From contig JBIKUX010000027.1 in NCBI GenBank assembly GCA_044347345.1, positions 1 through 28,891 of the forward strand: 28,891 nt of DNA, in the 5' to 3' direction. Below the pieces are notes generated by a model. The model had not been told where the DNA came from, did no database searches, and saw only the letters and a list, made by a program, of their open reading frames with translations. Both the position numbers and the translations under genes were made by a program. Origin of the DNA: Bdellovibrionota bacterium (lineage in GTDB: Bacteria; Bdellovibrionota_C; UBA2361; JBIKUX01). Each line of letters starts with the position of its first letter. Position 1 is the first letter of the stretch. Shown piece by piece: positions 8,999-20,069 of the stretch.

Positions 8999-11563
8999 TT
9001 AGTGCATATCACGACAAGCTGAAGGAGGTGGGAAACACCACAATAAGGCCGCAAGAGTGCTTGCTAAAGCAGAGCATCCCATGACGATAACTGGTACGAG
9101 TATCTGACTTGATGAAATTATCAAATTGAGATCCCAACCAAATGCCAGCGGATTTACAATTAAAACCAAAATGCTACTCAAAACTACACCCACAAAAGCC
9201 CCAGCGCCTAAGGCTGGAACCAACACCAAAACAACTTCGATTATAAGAGCAATCATTAATTCTCTAACTCTAACCCCCATAGTTCTTAACAGAGAATATC
9301 TATGCCTACGTTCGAGTAAATGTTGAAATACATTGGTAAAAAATCCAATTCCACCCAAAGCTCCAATAATTACTTGTAGTATGTCAGTAATTCTAAAAGT
9401 ATCGTTAAATAATTTTTCGACCGACCGCTTTAATTCAAAAGAATCAGTAAATCTAAGATTAAAATCCTTAAAAATTTGCTTTAAATTTTCCTTAACTTCC
9501 AAAACTTCAGATACTGTGTTTAAAAATACTCCAATTGTTTCTGGAGACTCGGCAGAAGTTATGCTGGTAAGAACATCATAATTTATAAAAAGTGTGCCAC
9601 GATCTCGCGTAAAATCATTTATACTGCCAACTATCAACCAATCTTTACCAAATACATGTATTTTATCACCTATACGCTTTTTAAGCCGACGTAATGCACT
9701 CGTTGATGCTACCAACTCAAATACATAATTTTTACTGTTGGGATATCTACCACTCTTAAGTTGGTAAGCTTTTTGCATCTCCTTAGCTTCAAATAAAATA
9801 CCGGTAACTGATATCAAAAGCTCACCGAGCGGAACAGTATATGTAATACTAGGCTGGAGACTCTTTACATAAGGAAACTCTTTTAGTCTTTGCTCAACTA
9901 TTTTTGGTAATGTGTTCACCGCGTTCATCGTGCTTTGAGTAGTAGAAGATATATAAATGTCAGCGGCAAAAGTCCTCTCCATCCAATCTAAAAGAGAAAG
10001 TCTAAAGCTAGTAACCATCCCTTCTACTCCAACCATCAATGCCACACCTACAGCTGCTATTGCTATACCACGAGCAGATGCTCTTACGCTCTCACCAATC
10101 TGACCTACGGCGAGATATCCAGAAATTGTGCGAACCACCAGTAGTTTTTTTAACCCATTCGACGAATCCTGATACCTACCCAAAAGGGTCACGATTAAAC
10201 CTACAACAAGTGGCGCAATCTCAATAACAGTAAAGAGCAACAGGAAAATACCCACATAACAAAAGGATAATGATGAATACTGCACCGAAATAAAAAAACA
10301 TCCTACAGTAACAATGAAAAGAAAAAATGCAGACCGAATTCTTTGCTTAACATGAATCTCTTTGCCACGTCTAAATCCAGACCTAACAACTTGAATCAAA
10401 GGAAAACGGCTGCTTTGCCATGCTGGATAAAGTGCACCAAACAAAGCACATAAAGTACCAAGAATAATCGCTATTAGAGAAAGTACAATTCTATTACTAT
10501 TAACAAGTTCGCTAGTAAAAGAGCTCTGCTGAAGATATACTTGCGATACGGTAGTCAATAGTAGATCTGAGATCAGTTGAACAAGTGGTAGGCCAATAGA
10601 GATTCCAACTAAACTGCCAGTAAGACCCAAGATTGCCCCTTCGATCAAAATGATCAATTTCACGCTCCTTGCAGATACTCCGTAACTACGAAGAATAGCT
10701 AAATCATGAATAAGCGATGAAACACCTATCATCATGCCATTTGCTACCGCAAAAGCTCCTACTAATATCGTAATTATCACCATTACAAGAATATTAGTGC
10801 GAAAAGCGGCAAGAAGATTATCTCCCTGTCTTCGCTTGTCATCATTAGAAATTAATGACAAAAGCCCTGAGGTACTTTGAGAAACAAATTCCGGTGAGAT
10901 AGATTTTTTTTGTCCACTCGAACGTGGGAATAATACCAAAGTATCAAATGTGCCCTCTTCACCGAGATGAGACCAAAGAACTGAGATATCTGTAACAATT
11001 AAAGGTGCGCCCACACTGCTATCTACTATATCTGTAATAGTCAATGAAAGCGCACCTCTGGAGGTTAATAATTGGAGTGACTCAGAAGGTTTAGTTGATA
11101 TTACCTTTGCGAGACTGGAATGAACAAACGCTCCATTTGCACCCTTTTCCTTAAAGGCAAAATAACCTTCAGAAAAAGCATTTGCTCCCTGATGACTAGC
11201 AAACGCCGCAAAATCTACACCTGTTAATTCAGTTACAAACTCTTTATCACCATTCTTAATACTTACAGCAGCTTTACGAATTGCTGTACATTGATACTCC
11301 TCACATACAGACTGAAGGAATTCACTAACTTTACTTGCTTTTATTGAACCTACAGTACTGACTAATTCAATACTTTCCCCTCCAGCTATTCCAGAAGTAC
11401 TACTTTGAAAACTTGCGACTGCACTAATACTTGCTTGAATGGCCGCTAATACCAGCGCTGTATTGCAAGCTATAAGAATAGTTAGAACACAATAACGAAG
11501 AAAGTTTCTTTTGAAGCGGCGCAAAACAATGCGTCGAAGCAACCACAGAGTGAGATGCTTCAC
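8999..11563 (-). CDS. ABC transporter permease, duplicated MacB/FtsX-type (AttF/G-like)
   Basis: 854 aa with two TM-periplasmic-FtsX halves and the motifs LAILRSYG and YSLLRTMG; sits between the ATPase and the AttH-like gene. Confidence 0.88.
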   Translation of the reverse strand: MKHLTLWLLRRIVLRRFKRNFLRYCVLTILIACNTALVLAAIQASISAVASFQSSTSGIAGGESIELVSTVGSIKASKVSEFLQSVCEEYQCTAIRKAAVSIKNGDKEFVTELTGVDFAAFASHQGANAFSEGYFAFKEKGANGAFVHSSLAKVISTKPSESLQLLTSRGALSLTITDIVDSSVGAPLIVTDISVLWSHLGEEGTFDTLVLFPRSSGQKKSISPEFVSQSTSGLLSLISNDDKRRQGDNLLAAFRTNILVMVIITILVGAFAVANGMMIGVSSLIHDLAILRSYGVSARSVKLIILIEGAILGLTGSLVGISIGLPLVQLISDLLLTTVSQVYLQQSSFTSELVNSNRIVLSLIAIILGTLCALFGALYPAWQSSRFPLIQVVRSGFRRGKEIHVKQRIRSAFFLFIVTVGCFFISVQYSSLSFCYVGIFLLLFTVIEIAPLVVGLIVTLLGRYQDSSNGLKKLLVVRTISGYLAVGQIGESVRASARGIAIAAVGVALMVGVEGMVTSFRLSLLDWMERTFAADIYISSTTQSTMNAVNTLPKIVEQRLKEFPYVKSLQPSITYTVPLGELLISVTGILFEAKEMQKAYQLKSGRYPNSKNYVFELVASTSALRRLKKRIGDKIHVFGKDWLIVGSINDFTRDRGTLFINYDVLTSITSAESPETIGVFLNTVSEVLEVKENLKQIFKDFNLRFTDSFELKRSVEKLFNDTFRITDILQVIIGALGGIGFFTNVFQHLLERRHRYSLLRTMGVRVRELMIALIIEVVLVLVPALGAGAFVGVVLSSILVLIVNPLAFGWDLNLIISSSQILVPVIVMGCSALASTLAALLWCFPPPSACRDMH

Positions 11564-11572
11564 AAATTCTCC

Positions 11573-12298
11573 TCAATATTTATCTTTTAAACGAATAGAT
11601 TCTATTCGACCATCACGTAATATAATTGTTCTAGAGGCCCATGCTTGAGCCTCTTCACTATGAGTGGCCATTAAAATTGATGAGCCACTATTTACCGCTT
11701 CAGAAAGAAGATTTAAAACAGCTTCCCCCGCTAACGAATCAAGATTACCGGTAGGTTCATCAGCTAGAATAAGTGGTGCCTGCGAGGCAAGTGCTCTACA
11801 CACTGCTACTCTCTGCATCTCTCCTCCTGAGAGCGTGGCAGGAAAAACACGTGCACGGTCTGTTAATCCGACTCTCAGTAATAGCTCTTTAGTCCTGAAA
11901 AGACTATCACGATGAGAGTCCCCCCCTAATAATGCTCCAAACATAATATTTTCTTCAACAGTCAGGGTCGGTAACAAATGAAATGCTTGAAAGACAAAAC
12001 TCACCTTTGTTCGACGATACTCTTCTAACGCTCTTTCGTTTTCATAAGGTACCCGTTCTCCATCTATAGTAACGCTCCCACAAGAAGGTTGGTCTGCTCC
12101 ACCTATAATGGCTAATAAAGTGCTTTTCCCTCCCCCTGAAGGACCCATAAGTGCTACAAATTCACCTCTTACAATAGAGAAGGAAACATCATCAAGACCT
12201 ATTACTTGCCCAGCAACTGTATTAAAAAAACGTGATACTTGGTTGACGTTTAGTAAAGAGTGGCTTTGTTTTGATAAACACAGTAACGGCACTTCCAT
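11573..12298 (-). CDS. ABC transporter ATP-binding protein (LolD/MacB-like, AttE-like)
   Basis: Walker A GPSGGGKST, Q-loop FVFQ, signature LSGGEMQRV, Walker B/D-loop LILADEPTGNLD, H-loop MATH. Confidence 0.95.
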   Translation of the reverse strand: MEVPLLCLSKQSHSLLNVNQVSRFFNTVAGQVIGLDDVSFSIVRGEFVALMGPSGGGKSTLLAIIGGADQPSCGSVTIDGERVPYENERALEEYRRTKVSFVFQAFHLLPTLTVEENIMFGALLGGDSHRDSLFRTKELLLRVGLTDRARVFPATLSGGEMQRVAVCRALASQAPLILADEPTGNLDSLAGEAVLNLLSEAVNSGSSILMATHSEEAQAWASRTIILRDGRIESIRLKDKY

Positions 12299-12366
12299 TC
12301 GTAAAAAATTTTAAAATACTCGGCATAAGAGGCTTTTTCGACTGATCAAAAGCAAAATTATCGCCC

Positions 12367-13512
12367 CTAGATAGAAGTTCCTGCGAGAAGCTCTCGAGCA
12401 ATAACTATCCTTTGAACTTGGCTGGTCCCCTCATAGATTTGCAAAAGTTTTGCATCCCTCATGAGTTTCTCCACGGGATACTCTTTTGTGTATCCATAAC
12501 CTCCAAATATCTGCACCGCATTAGTAGTTACTTCCATTGCAGCATCTGCGGCAAATCTCTTTGCCATACTAGATTCAAGGGTCGCTTGCTTCCCCTGATC
12601 TACAAGAGAAGCAGACCTAAGAGTTAAAAGCCTTGATGCATCGACTGCTGTTGCCATATCGGCCAACATAAACTGGATAGCTTGGAAGTTTGCTATGGAT
12701 TGCCCAAACTGTTTACGATCCTTGGCATATCTGATGGCATGTTCTGTTGCAACTCTACCAAGACCCACTGCAATAGCAGCCGTCATCGGACGACTCCAAT
12801 CTAGTGTTTCCATAGCTATCTTAAACCCCTCTCCCTCAGCTCCTATTAACTGTTCTTTCGTAACTACTACATCCGTAAAAGTTATCGGTACAGTATTGGA
12901 GCACCGCTGCCCAAGCTTATTCTCATGAGAGCCAACCAAAACCCCAGAAGCATCAGCAGCCACCACAACGCAACAAATTCCTTTGTGACGTTGAGACTTA
13001 TTTACTGTGGCAAAAACCGTAAATTGAGACGAGTATCCACCATTTGTAATCCACTGCTTTGAACCATTTAGAAGGTATACTTGCCGAGCTGAATCGTAAG
13101 TTAAGGTGGTACTAAGCCCTGCCGCATCAGACCCAGCATTTGGTTCACTCAAACAAAAAGAAGCGTACTGCTTTCTTTTAATGAGGTCACCAATAAAACG
13201 AGACTTCTGCTCAGATGACCCTGCTAACTTGATCGGCAACAATGCCAAATCATTTGCTACTAAAGAAGTTGTTATGCCTGCACATCCGGCGGCAAACTCC
13301 TCAACTATCAGGCAGGAATCATACACAGATAAACCCACCCCGCCATAATCAATATCTTGCACTAAATTGATATAGCCTAAATCGTAAGCCTTACCTAGAA
13401 TATCACCAGGAAACTCCGCGCGCTCGTCCAGGCCTGCGGCTGCTGAAACCACTTCAGCCTGAACAAAGCGCTTTGCTTCCTTGATTATCAGATTCTGCTC
13501 TTCATTAAGCAT
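12367..13512 (-). CDS. Acyl-CoA dehydrogenase (short/medium-chain type)
   Basis: [35 protein letters not shown] and [11 protein letters not shown] with the catalytic Glu. Confidence 0.95.
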   Translation of the reverse strand: MLNEEQNLIIKEAKRFVQAEVVSAAAGLDERAEFPGDILGKAYDLGYINLVQDIDYGGVGLSVYDSCLIVEEFAAGCAGITTSLVANDLALLPIKLAGSSEQKSRFIGDLIKRKQYASFCLSEPNAGSDAAGLSTTLTYDSARQVYLLNGSKQWITNGGYSSQFTVFATVNKSQRHKGICCVVVAADASGVLVGSHENKLGQRCSNTVPITFTDVVVTKEQLIGAEGEGFKIAMETLDWSRPMTAAIAVGLGRVATEHAIRYAKDRKQFGQSIANFQAIQFMLADMATAVDASRLLTLRSASLVDQGKQATLESSMAKRFAADAAMEVTTNAVQIFGGYGYTKEYPVEKLMRDAKLLQIYEGTSQVQRIVIARELLAGTSI

Positions 13513-13554
13513 AAAAAGTTTTTAGAGTAATATGCTATACATGCTACACATGAC

Positions 13555-14400
13555 TTACTTTACTCTAACGATACCGGCTCCTAGCCCATCACCTGCAATG
13601 TCGCGCTCGATTGCTAAAGATAGAGAATTGGTTTCTGCTCCCAATGCCACCGATAATTTCTGAGCGGTAGCATCAACTTTCATCACTAATTCGTCGATAG
13701 AGGCTCGGTACACCGGAGCCAACATTTCTACAGCTCCGATAACGATGCCCCCGTTACCACGCACTACTTTTCCGATACACACCACATCTTTCTCGATTTG
13801 CCCCTTATCTACAATTAGCCCCTTCTCTCTGAGCTCTGCCTTCTGGTCATTAAAACTTTTCGCATTAAACCCTACAGCATTGGTGCCTGAATCCACTGTT
13901 GCTCCACTACTCATAAATTCGTCTAAAACAGCATCTGACTCCTGAGCTAAAAGAAGTCGACCAATGGCACACTGCTTAGCCGAAAAGCTAACGGCTAATC
14001 TTGGAGCTACCCGAACAGGCTGAGTGGCTTCAACACTTACGGGGTATTGAATGTGAAAATTTCTCAATACAGCTAGGCTAACCGTTTCACCTGAATCTTC
14101 GACTAAGGCTTCCAAAAGACCTTGAGCTCTCTTTACTAATGAATTCTGTGCTAAATAAGCCTGACCTAACTGCAAAGCTCGCACAGCTAAGCAGTAATCC
14201 TCAGTTGACCTATTCTGCTCTACATAACCACGAAGCTCTAACGTGGCCAACAGCCGAAAGACATTATTTTTATGAAGCTTAAGCCGCTTTGCTAGCTCAG
14301 TGACACCTACTTCACCGCCGGATTTACAAAGCTCCTCTAAGACATCAACTGCATGAGACACTGATTGAATCATGTAATTTGCTTTGTCTCGTTTTACCAT
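13555..14400 (-). CDS. IclR family transcriptional regulator
   Basis: N-terminal HTH (GVTELAKRLKLHKNNVFRLLATLELRGYVEQ) plus an effector domain (SGETVSL, AIGRLLLA). ATG 14400 follows GAGG and is preferred to GTG 14418. Confidence 0.92.
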   Translation of the reverse strand: MVKRDKANYMIQSVSHAVDVLEELCKSGGEVGVTELAKRLKLHKNNVFRLLATLELRGYVEQNRSTEDYCLAVRALQLGQAYLAQNSLVKRAQGLLEALVEDSGETVSLAVLRNFHIQYPVSVEATQPVRVAPRLAVSFSAKQCAIGRLLLAQESDAVLDEFMSSGATVDSGTNAVGFNAKSFNDQKAELREKGLIVDKGQIEKDVVCIGKVVRGNGGIVIGAVEMLAPVYRASIDELVMKVDATAQKLSVALGAETNSLSLAIERDIAGDGLGAGIVRVK

Positions 14401-14720
14401 GATGGAAATTCCTCGCACACACCTATTTAGCCCTCAATATATTCTTTGAGGAACACTTCTAGCTAGATCTCATTTTCAACGGAAACCCGTTAGCTCGCAA
14501 GTCACTTTTACGCTAAGGAGCTCTTATCCTCAAGCTCTCCCAATTACAAAATGTAACAAAAATGTATTTATTAAACGACTGACTAAAAACATAGTTTTTA
14601 TATGCGCTAAATATACTATAAAACGCCGGTCGTTGACATTACAACCTTAGCTATAAACAACAAATAACTCTGTTAACAATTCTGTTTGAAGACCAAATTC
14701 TTCTAATCCGACAAGTATTT

Positions 14721-15716
14721 TCAAACAACAAGGAGTCCTTCAGCAATAACTCCAACCTGGCCAGTTAAATAAACTTTATCACTTTCCATATCCCACAGTA
14801 CGTTAACTGCACCTCCAGGGAGAATGACTGTACAATCAGGATCAATTTTCCCGGATTTAACATAAGCTACAACAGCAGCGCAAGCACCGGTTCCACATGC
14901 TAATGTAAATCCTGCTGCCCTCTCCCAGACTGCGACATGAATTTGCTTTCTATTTTCAATTTCAACAAATTCAATATTAGCTCGATTAGGAAATAATCTA
15001 TCATTTTCAAGAATAGGTCCAAACTTCCTAGCCATCCGCTCAAGTAAATTACAGTTTAATCCATCGGGTATAAGTTTATAAGGAAGCTCCAGTAGAACTC
15101 CATGAGGATTACCCATAGAAAGTGCTGTCATTCTAAGAGAGAGCGTACCATTTCCATCTGGCAGATTAATATTAACTGCTTCATCTATTATCGATTTTTC
15201 ACTTGATAGCGGAATCACCTCAGGTAGGAATGAAGGACTCCCCATATCAACAGTAACTGTAAGACCTTCATCATTAGTGCGGCACCGAATAGCCCTGCCC
15301 TCAACTGCATAATGTAGCCAGCCTTCTTGATCAACAACGTGTCTTAGATCACTTTTAGTTTGATGTTGACTATTCCCATGATCTTTTTGGCTCTGATTTA
15401 CTTGCACTTGGCCTGCCAAAAATTCAAATCGAACTATACATCTGATGCCGTTACCACACATCCCCATTGAGGAACCATCTGGATTAAACATATTGATAGT
15501 TCTAACGGAATGCCCATCTATGTCATCTATACGACCACAAAGCAAAAGTCCGTCTGTACCTAGACCCCAAGCAGAGGAGCACCATCTCTCAACTAAATCA
15601 GAAACTTTTAAGGTTTGAGGAATACAAGATTCATCAATAATTAAAAAACTATTTCCACATCCTTGTAACTTTAAAAATGGTATTTTTAAGTCTTCACTTT
15701 TATGTCGCTGTGTCAT
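14721..15716 (-). CDS. dapF: Diaminopimelate epimerase
   Basis: Catalytic Cys motifs MCGNGIRC and TLACGTGACA, plus NPDGS, SMGNPH, NIEF, WER and LPGG. Confidence 0.95.
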   Translation of the reverse strand: MTQRHKSEDLKIPFLKLQGCGNSFLIIDESCIPQTLKVSDLVERWCSSAWGLGTDGLLLCGRIDDIDGHSVRTINMFNPDGSSMGMCGNGIRCIVRFEFLAGQVQVNQSQKDHGNSQHQTKSDLRHVVDQEGWLHYAVEGRAIRCRTNDEGLTVTVDMGSPSFLPEVIPLSSEKSIIDEAVNINLPDGNGTLSLRMTALSMGNPHGVLLELPYKLIPDGLNCNLLERMARKFGPILENDRLFPNRANIEFVEIENRKQIHVAVWERAAGFTLACGTGACAAVVAYVKSGKIDPDCTVILPGGAVNVLWDMESDKVYLTGQVGVIAEGLLVV

Positions 15717-15733
15717 CTCTCTTACTGTATTCT

Positions 15734-16399
15734 TTACTGTCCCACGAAACCTTGCCCAGTAGGGTCATTTGATACTGTACCTGCGAGTGATGCTGTACCT
15801 GCAAAAACATCCTCTAAAGGTTCCATTGCCTGCTTTCGAGTAACCACTTCAATACTTGAATTATTGCCTGTAAAAATTACCTTGATAAATTCAAGATATC
15901 GACCCTCAAAGCGAGTTTGATTAACGGGGACTATATAGTAGATGTATACTCCACCCAATTTTACTGAGCTGTCTTTATACACAACCAAACGATCTTCATC
16001 AGATAGGGTCACTCGCCTTAGCGGCTTTCCTTGCGATAAAGCAAGAGCCTGAGCATCGGCAAAACGTTGCATAGTAACATCTTTAACTTCACCTATTAAT
16101 TTAAAATCATCGCCTAACTCAATTCTATCAGTATCAGTAGAAGTCAAAGCAGCTAAGCGCCTATAAACTCGGTATAAGTTTAGCACCTTAAGTGGCCGGC
16201 CAAGTTCATCATTGCGAGGAGCCAGCCATGACAACAAAACGCCGCTTTCATCAGAAACAGCAGAAACAAACTTAACGGGTTCGGGATTTAATCGTTCCGG
16301 TGGAAATGGTGGACCCATCTTACCACAACCCAAAAAACCGCATAATATTACCATCAGAGCCTCTAGTAAAAAAAAATCCGGTAATAAAGGTCGTTTCAT
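15734..16399 (-). CDS. Lipoprotein with an N-terminal LptM/YifL-like motif and a fibronectin type III-like region
   Basis: ATG 16399 after AGAGGA; signal peptide ending in lipobox FLGC (Cys codon 16327-16325), followed by GKMGPPFPP. Fn3-like elements: VLLSWLAP, YRVYRR, YKDSSVKLGGVYIYYIVPVN. Confidence 0.75.
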   Translation of the reverse strand: MKRPLLPDFFLLEALMVILCGFLGCGKMGPPFPPERLNPEPVKFVSAVSDESGVLLSWLAPRNDELGRPLKVLNLYRVYRRLAALTSTDTDRIELGDDFKLIGEVKDVTMQRFADAQALALSQGKPLRRVTLSDEDRLVVYKDSSVKLGGVYIYYIVPVNQTRFEGRYLEFIKVIFTGNNSSIEVVTRKQAMEPLEDVFAGTASLAGTVSNDPTGQGFVGQ

Positions 16400-16432
16400 T
16401 AATCCTCTTATATTACTCGCAAACAAAATCTT

Positions 16433-17182
16433 TTACTTTGCCTGACCTTTATTTATCTCTGCGATTTGCGACCTTTTAGGCAATGATTCTCCTTTCTTTA
16501 TTTGGAGCACAGACATAGACCTTAGTTCCAACGCCGTTAACTTATAACCAAACACAAGCCCAGTATCGATACCTATTTTCCAGGGTAGATCAAGGAAAAT
16601 TTCCTCCATAGGCGTATGACCAAATACTACCGTTTGGTTGATGATCGTTTCTCTGTTCAAAAACTCATCGCGTATCCAAAGGATTTTATCCTCTGTTTGC
16701 TGCTCTAATGAACAACTAGGGTCAATACCAGCATGGACAAGTAAAAAATTATCCACCAGAACTCCAATATGAAGTTCTTTCAGAAAATGTAAGTGACTCG
16801 CCGGAATCAAAGATTTTCGATTATTAATATCTTCATTACCAGTTCCTCCGTAGCTTTGGATACACTCAAGTCCTCCGCACTCTAAATATCTGTTTGAACT
16901 AGAGGCTCCATCTATAAAACTAGCAAACATCTCCTCATGATTACCCTTAATAAAATACGTTTGAGGTATTCTTGAACTTAACTCTAAAAGCCTTTCAATT
17001 ACTCCTCTGGAATCTTTACCCCTATCAATATAATCTCCCAAAAAAACTATTACGTCCGTTGGCAGCAATTCACCAGATTGCTCCAAAAAAGACAAAAGCG
17101 AATTAAGTTCGCCCAGGCAACCGTGAATATCCCCTACTACCCACACTTTTGCCGATGATGGCGGAGATATAGACAGAAACAT
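16433..17182 (-). CDS. Calcineurin-like metallophosphoesterase (PphA/PrpA-like Ser/Thr phosphatase family)
   Basis: Motifs GDIHG, GDYIDRG, GNHE, HAG, FGHTP and IDTG. Confidence 0.92.
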   Translation of the reverse strand: MFLSISPPSSAKVWVVGDIHGCLGELNSLLSFLEQSGELLPTDVIVFLGDYIDRGKDSRGVIERLLELSSRIPQTYFIKGNHEEMFASFIDGASSSNRYLECGGLECIQSYGGTGNEDINNRKSLIPASHLHFLKELHIGVLVDNFLLVHAGIDPSCSLEQQTEDKILWIRDEFLNRETIINQTVVFGHTPMEEIFLDLPWKIGIDTGLVFGYKLTALELRSMSVLQIKKGESLPKRSQIAEINKGQAK

Positions 17183-17185
17183 GCA

Positions 17186-18997
17186 TTACTCGCCAGTCTT
17201 TAAAACTGCCAAGAAAGCCTCCTGAGAGAGAGAAACACTACCGACTTGCTTCATTCTCTTTTTTCCTTCTTTTTGCTTTTCGAGTAATTTTCTCTTTCTA
17301 GAGATATCACCACCGTAACATTTAGCCGTAACATTTTTACGAAGAGCTTTTACAGTGGTTCTCGCGATAATTTTGTTTCCAATAGCTGCCTGAATAGCAA
17401 CATCAAACATCTGTCGATCGATTAGTTCTTGCAGCTTATCACATAATTCTCGCCCTTTGGTGTAAGCTTTAGTGTCATGAACAATCAGACTAAGAGCGTC
17501 AACTGCTTCGCCGTTAAGTTTGATATCGAGTTTAACAAGCTTAGCTACCTGATACCCCTTTGGTTCATAATCAAAAGAAGCATAGCCACGAGTAAAGCTC
17601 TTAATTTTATCATGGAAATCTAAAACTACTTCATTCCATGGAAGTTCATAAGTGAGAACAGCTCGCTCGGATCCATGGAAAGAGAGATTTTTTTGTACTC
17701 CTCTTTTTTCTTCACAAAGCTTCATTACAACTCCCAAAAATTCCTTAGGTGAGTGAATTGTAACTTCAACAAGAGGTTCCTCAATCATCTCAAAAAGATT
17801 CGATTCTGGAAGTTTCGTAGGGTTCTCTACATATATAACTTCACCACCCACCAGAGTTACGCGGTACACTACTGTAGGAGCAGTAGTGATTAACGACAAA
17901 TCAAACTCCCTTTCGAGACGCTCTCTAATAATCTCCATGTGTAAAAGACCTAGATATCCACACCGAAAACCAAATCCAAGAGCTACCGAACTCTCTGGTT
18001 CAAAGGTGAAAGATGAGTCATTTAAACTTAACTTTTCCAAGGCGGATCGCAATGCAGTATAATCATCAGCATCTACCGGAAATAAGCCACCAAACACGGA
18101 TGGTTTTACTTCTTTAAACCCAGGTAAAGCCTCTTGCTCTCCTTTATAAGAAGCATCTACTACAGTGTCACCAATCTTTACGTCTCGAATATTTTTAACC
18201 GATGCCGCAAAATATCCTACCTCTCCACTGGAAAGTGTAGCTACTTCTGTGGGATGAGGCGTAAATACTCCCAATTTATAAACTTCATACTCGCGCCCTG
18301 TTTGAACAAATTTAACCTTCATACCAGAGCTGAGTTCACCATCAATTACTCGCACCTGCACAACTGCGCCCAGATAAGCATCAAACCAAGAATCATAAAT
18401 AAGAGCTCTCAACGATGCAGATGGATTACCTCTCATAGGCTCAGGAATACGAGAAATCACTGCATCAAGTACTGCTGGTACTCCAAGACCGGTTTTAGCA
18501 CTAATTTCAAGTGCATCATGCGCCTCAATACCGATTACCTCTTCAATGTCCTGCCGTACCCTCTCTGCATTGGCATTTGGTAGATCAATCTTATTTAGGA
18601 CTGGAACTATGGTTAAATTCGCATCAAGAGCTGCGTAAACATTTGCAAGGGTCTGAGCTTCAACTCCTTGAGAAGCATCAACAACTAATAATGCTCCCTC
18701 ACAAGCCGCAAGACTACGAGATACCTCATAATGAAAATCAACATGCCCCGGGGTATCAATTAAATTTAACTGATACAATTTACCGTCGGCACCCATATGC
18801 GAAAGCCTCACCGTTTGAGCTTTAATGGTAATGCCACGCTCTCGCTCTAAATCTAATTTGTCTAAAAATTGACTCTGCATCTCTCTCTGATCAAGAGCAC
18901 GAGTAACTTCAAGAATACGATCTGCTAGAGTAGATTTTCCGTGATCAATATGGGCAATAATGCAAAAGTTTCGTATCTGATTGCGGGGTATTCCCAT
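17186..18997 (-). CDS. lepA: Translation elongation factor 4 (LepA)
   Basis: [52 protein letters not shown] and the C-terminal [25 protein letters not shown]. Confidence 0.99.
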   Translation of the reverse strand: MGIPRNQIRNFCIIAHIDHGKSTLADRILEVTRALDQREMQSQFLDKLDLERERGITIKAQTVRLSHMGADGKLYQLNLIDTPGHVDFHYEVSRSLAACEGALLVVDASQGVEAQTLANVYAALDANLTIVPVLNKIDLPNANAERVRQDIEEVIGIEAHDALEISAKTGLGVPAVLDAVISRIPEPMRGNPSASLRALIYDSWFDAYLGAVVQVRVIDGELSSGMKVKFVQTGREYEVYKLGVFTPHPTEVATLSSGEVGYFAASVKNIRDVKIGDTVVDASYKGEQEALPGFKEVKPSVFGGLFPVDADDYTALRSALEKLSLNDSSFTFEPESSVALGFGFRCGYLGLLHMEIIRERLEREFDLSLITTAPTVVYRVTLVGGEVIYVENPTKLPESNLFEMIEEPLVEVTIHSPKEFLGVVMKLCEEKRGVQKNLSFHGSERAVLTYELPWNEVVLDFHDKIKSFTRGYASFDYEPKGYQVAKLVKLDIKLNGEAVDALSLIVHDTKAYTKGRELCDKLQELIDRQMFDVAIQAAIGNKIIARTTVKALRKNVTAKCYGGDISRKRKLLEKQKEGKKRMKQVGSVSLSQEAFLAVLKTGE

Positions 18998-19075
18998 GTT
19001 TTAAAATTACTTAAAAATTTATCAATCTTGGTTAACATTACTGAGAGTTTATGACAAACAATTAAAGTTCATCAT

Positions 19076-20014
19076 TTAATTATCTCGTAATCGCTTATCG
19101 AAATCCTGAATAGTACGCTTTAAACCTTTCTCTAATTCTACCTGAGGTCGCCAATTTAATTTTTTCTCTGCAATAGCTATGTTAGGACGCCTTCTTGCTG
19201 GATCGTCAGCAGGTAGCGGTTTGTTTATTATAGCACTCCTTGAACCAGTAAGCTCAATTATTAGCTGAGCCAGCTCAATTATAGTTGTTTCCACCGGATT
19301 CCCCAAATTAACCGGACCGTAAAAATCAGCCACATTCATCGCCAAATACAGACCTTCGACCAGATCTTCTACAAAACAAAATGAACGAGTCTGAGATCCA
19401 TCTCCATAAATCGTTATCGGCTCTCCCGTGAGTGCTTGAACCACAAAATTAGATACTACACGCCCATCATTAAATAACATTCTTGGGCCATAAGTATTAA
19501 ATATTCTCACTATCCTAGCATCGACCCCGTTTTGAGTGCGATAATTATAGGCTAAAGTTTCAGCAACTCTCTTACCTTCATCGTAACAACTTCTTGGGCC
19601 TATAGGGTTAACATTCCCCCAATAAGACTCCTCCTGTGGGTGCTCTAATGGATCACCGTACACCTCTGAGGTTGAAGCAAGAAGAAACCTGCCATGCACT
19701 CGCTTTGCTACTCCTAACATGTGAATAGTGCCAAGCACATTGGTCTTTATGGTTTTTACGGGATTATATTGATAATGATTGGGAGAAGCAGGGCAAGCAA
19801 GGTGGTATACTTGGTCAGCTTCAATAAAAAGTGGTTGAGTTACGTCGTGCCTGATCGCTTCAAAACGAGAATTTTGTAGGAGAGGTAAGATATTTCGCTT
19901 GGTACCAGTAAAATAATTATCAATACAAACTACTTCATCGCCATCTGCAAGTAGCCTTTGACATAAGTGAGAACCTATGAAACCCGCTCCGCCAGTTACC
20001 ACTATTCGTTTCAT
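19076..20014 (-). CDS. uxs: UDP-glucuronate decarboxylase (UDP-xylose synthase)
   Basis: [35 protein letters not shown] and [18 protein letters not shown]. Start is ATG 20014 or GTG 20020. Confidence 0.93.
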   Translation of the reverse strand: MKRIVVTGGAGFIGSHLCQRLLADGDEVVCIDNYFTGTKRNILPLLQNSRFEAIRHDVTQPLFIEADQVYHLACPASPNHYQYNPVKTIKTNVLGTIHMLGVAKRVHGRFLLASTSEVYGDPLEHPQEESYWGNVNPIGPRSCYDEGKRVAETLAYNYRTQNGVDARIVRIFNTYGPRMLFNDGRVVSNFVVQALTGEPITIYGDGSQTRSFCFVEDLVEGLYLAMNVADFYGPVNLGNPVETTIIELAQLIIELTGSRSAIINKPLPADDPARRRPNIAIAEKKLNWRPQVELEKGLKRTIQDFDKRLRDN

Positions 20015-20069
20015 TTCCACCTAGTCCTTTTTCTGTAATGCCTATTACCATATTTAACCTCGCAACCAC

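Noticed and set aside
16368..16376. A9 homopolymer in the lipoprotein signal-peptide region as a phase-variation tract
   Set aside because: The frame is intact, and A/T runs of 7-9 are common in this AT-rich window.
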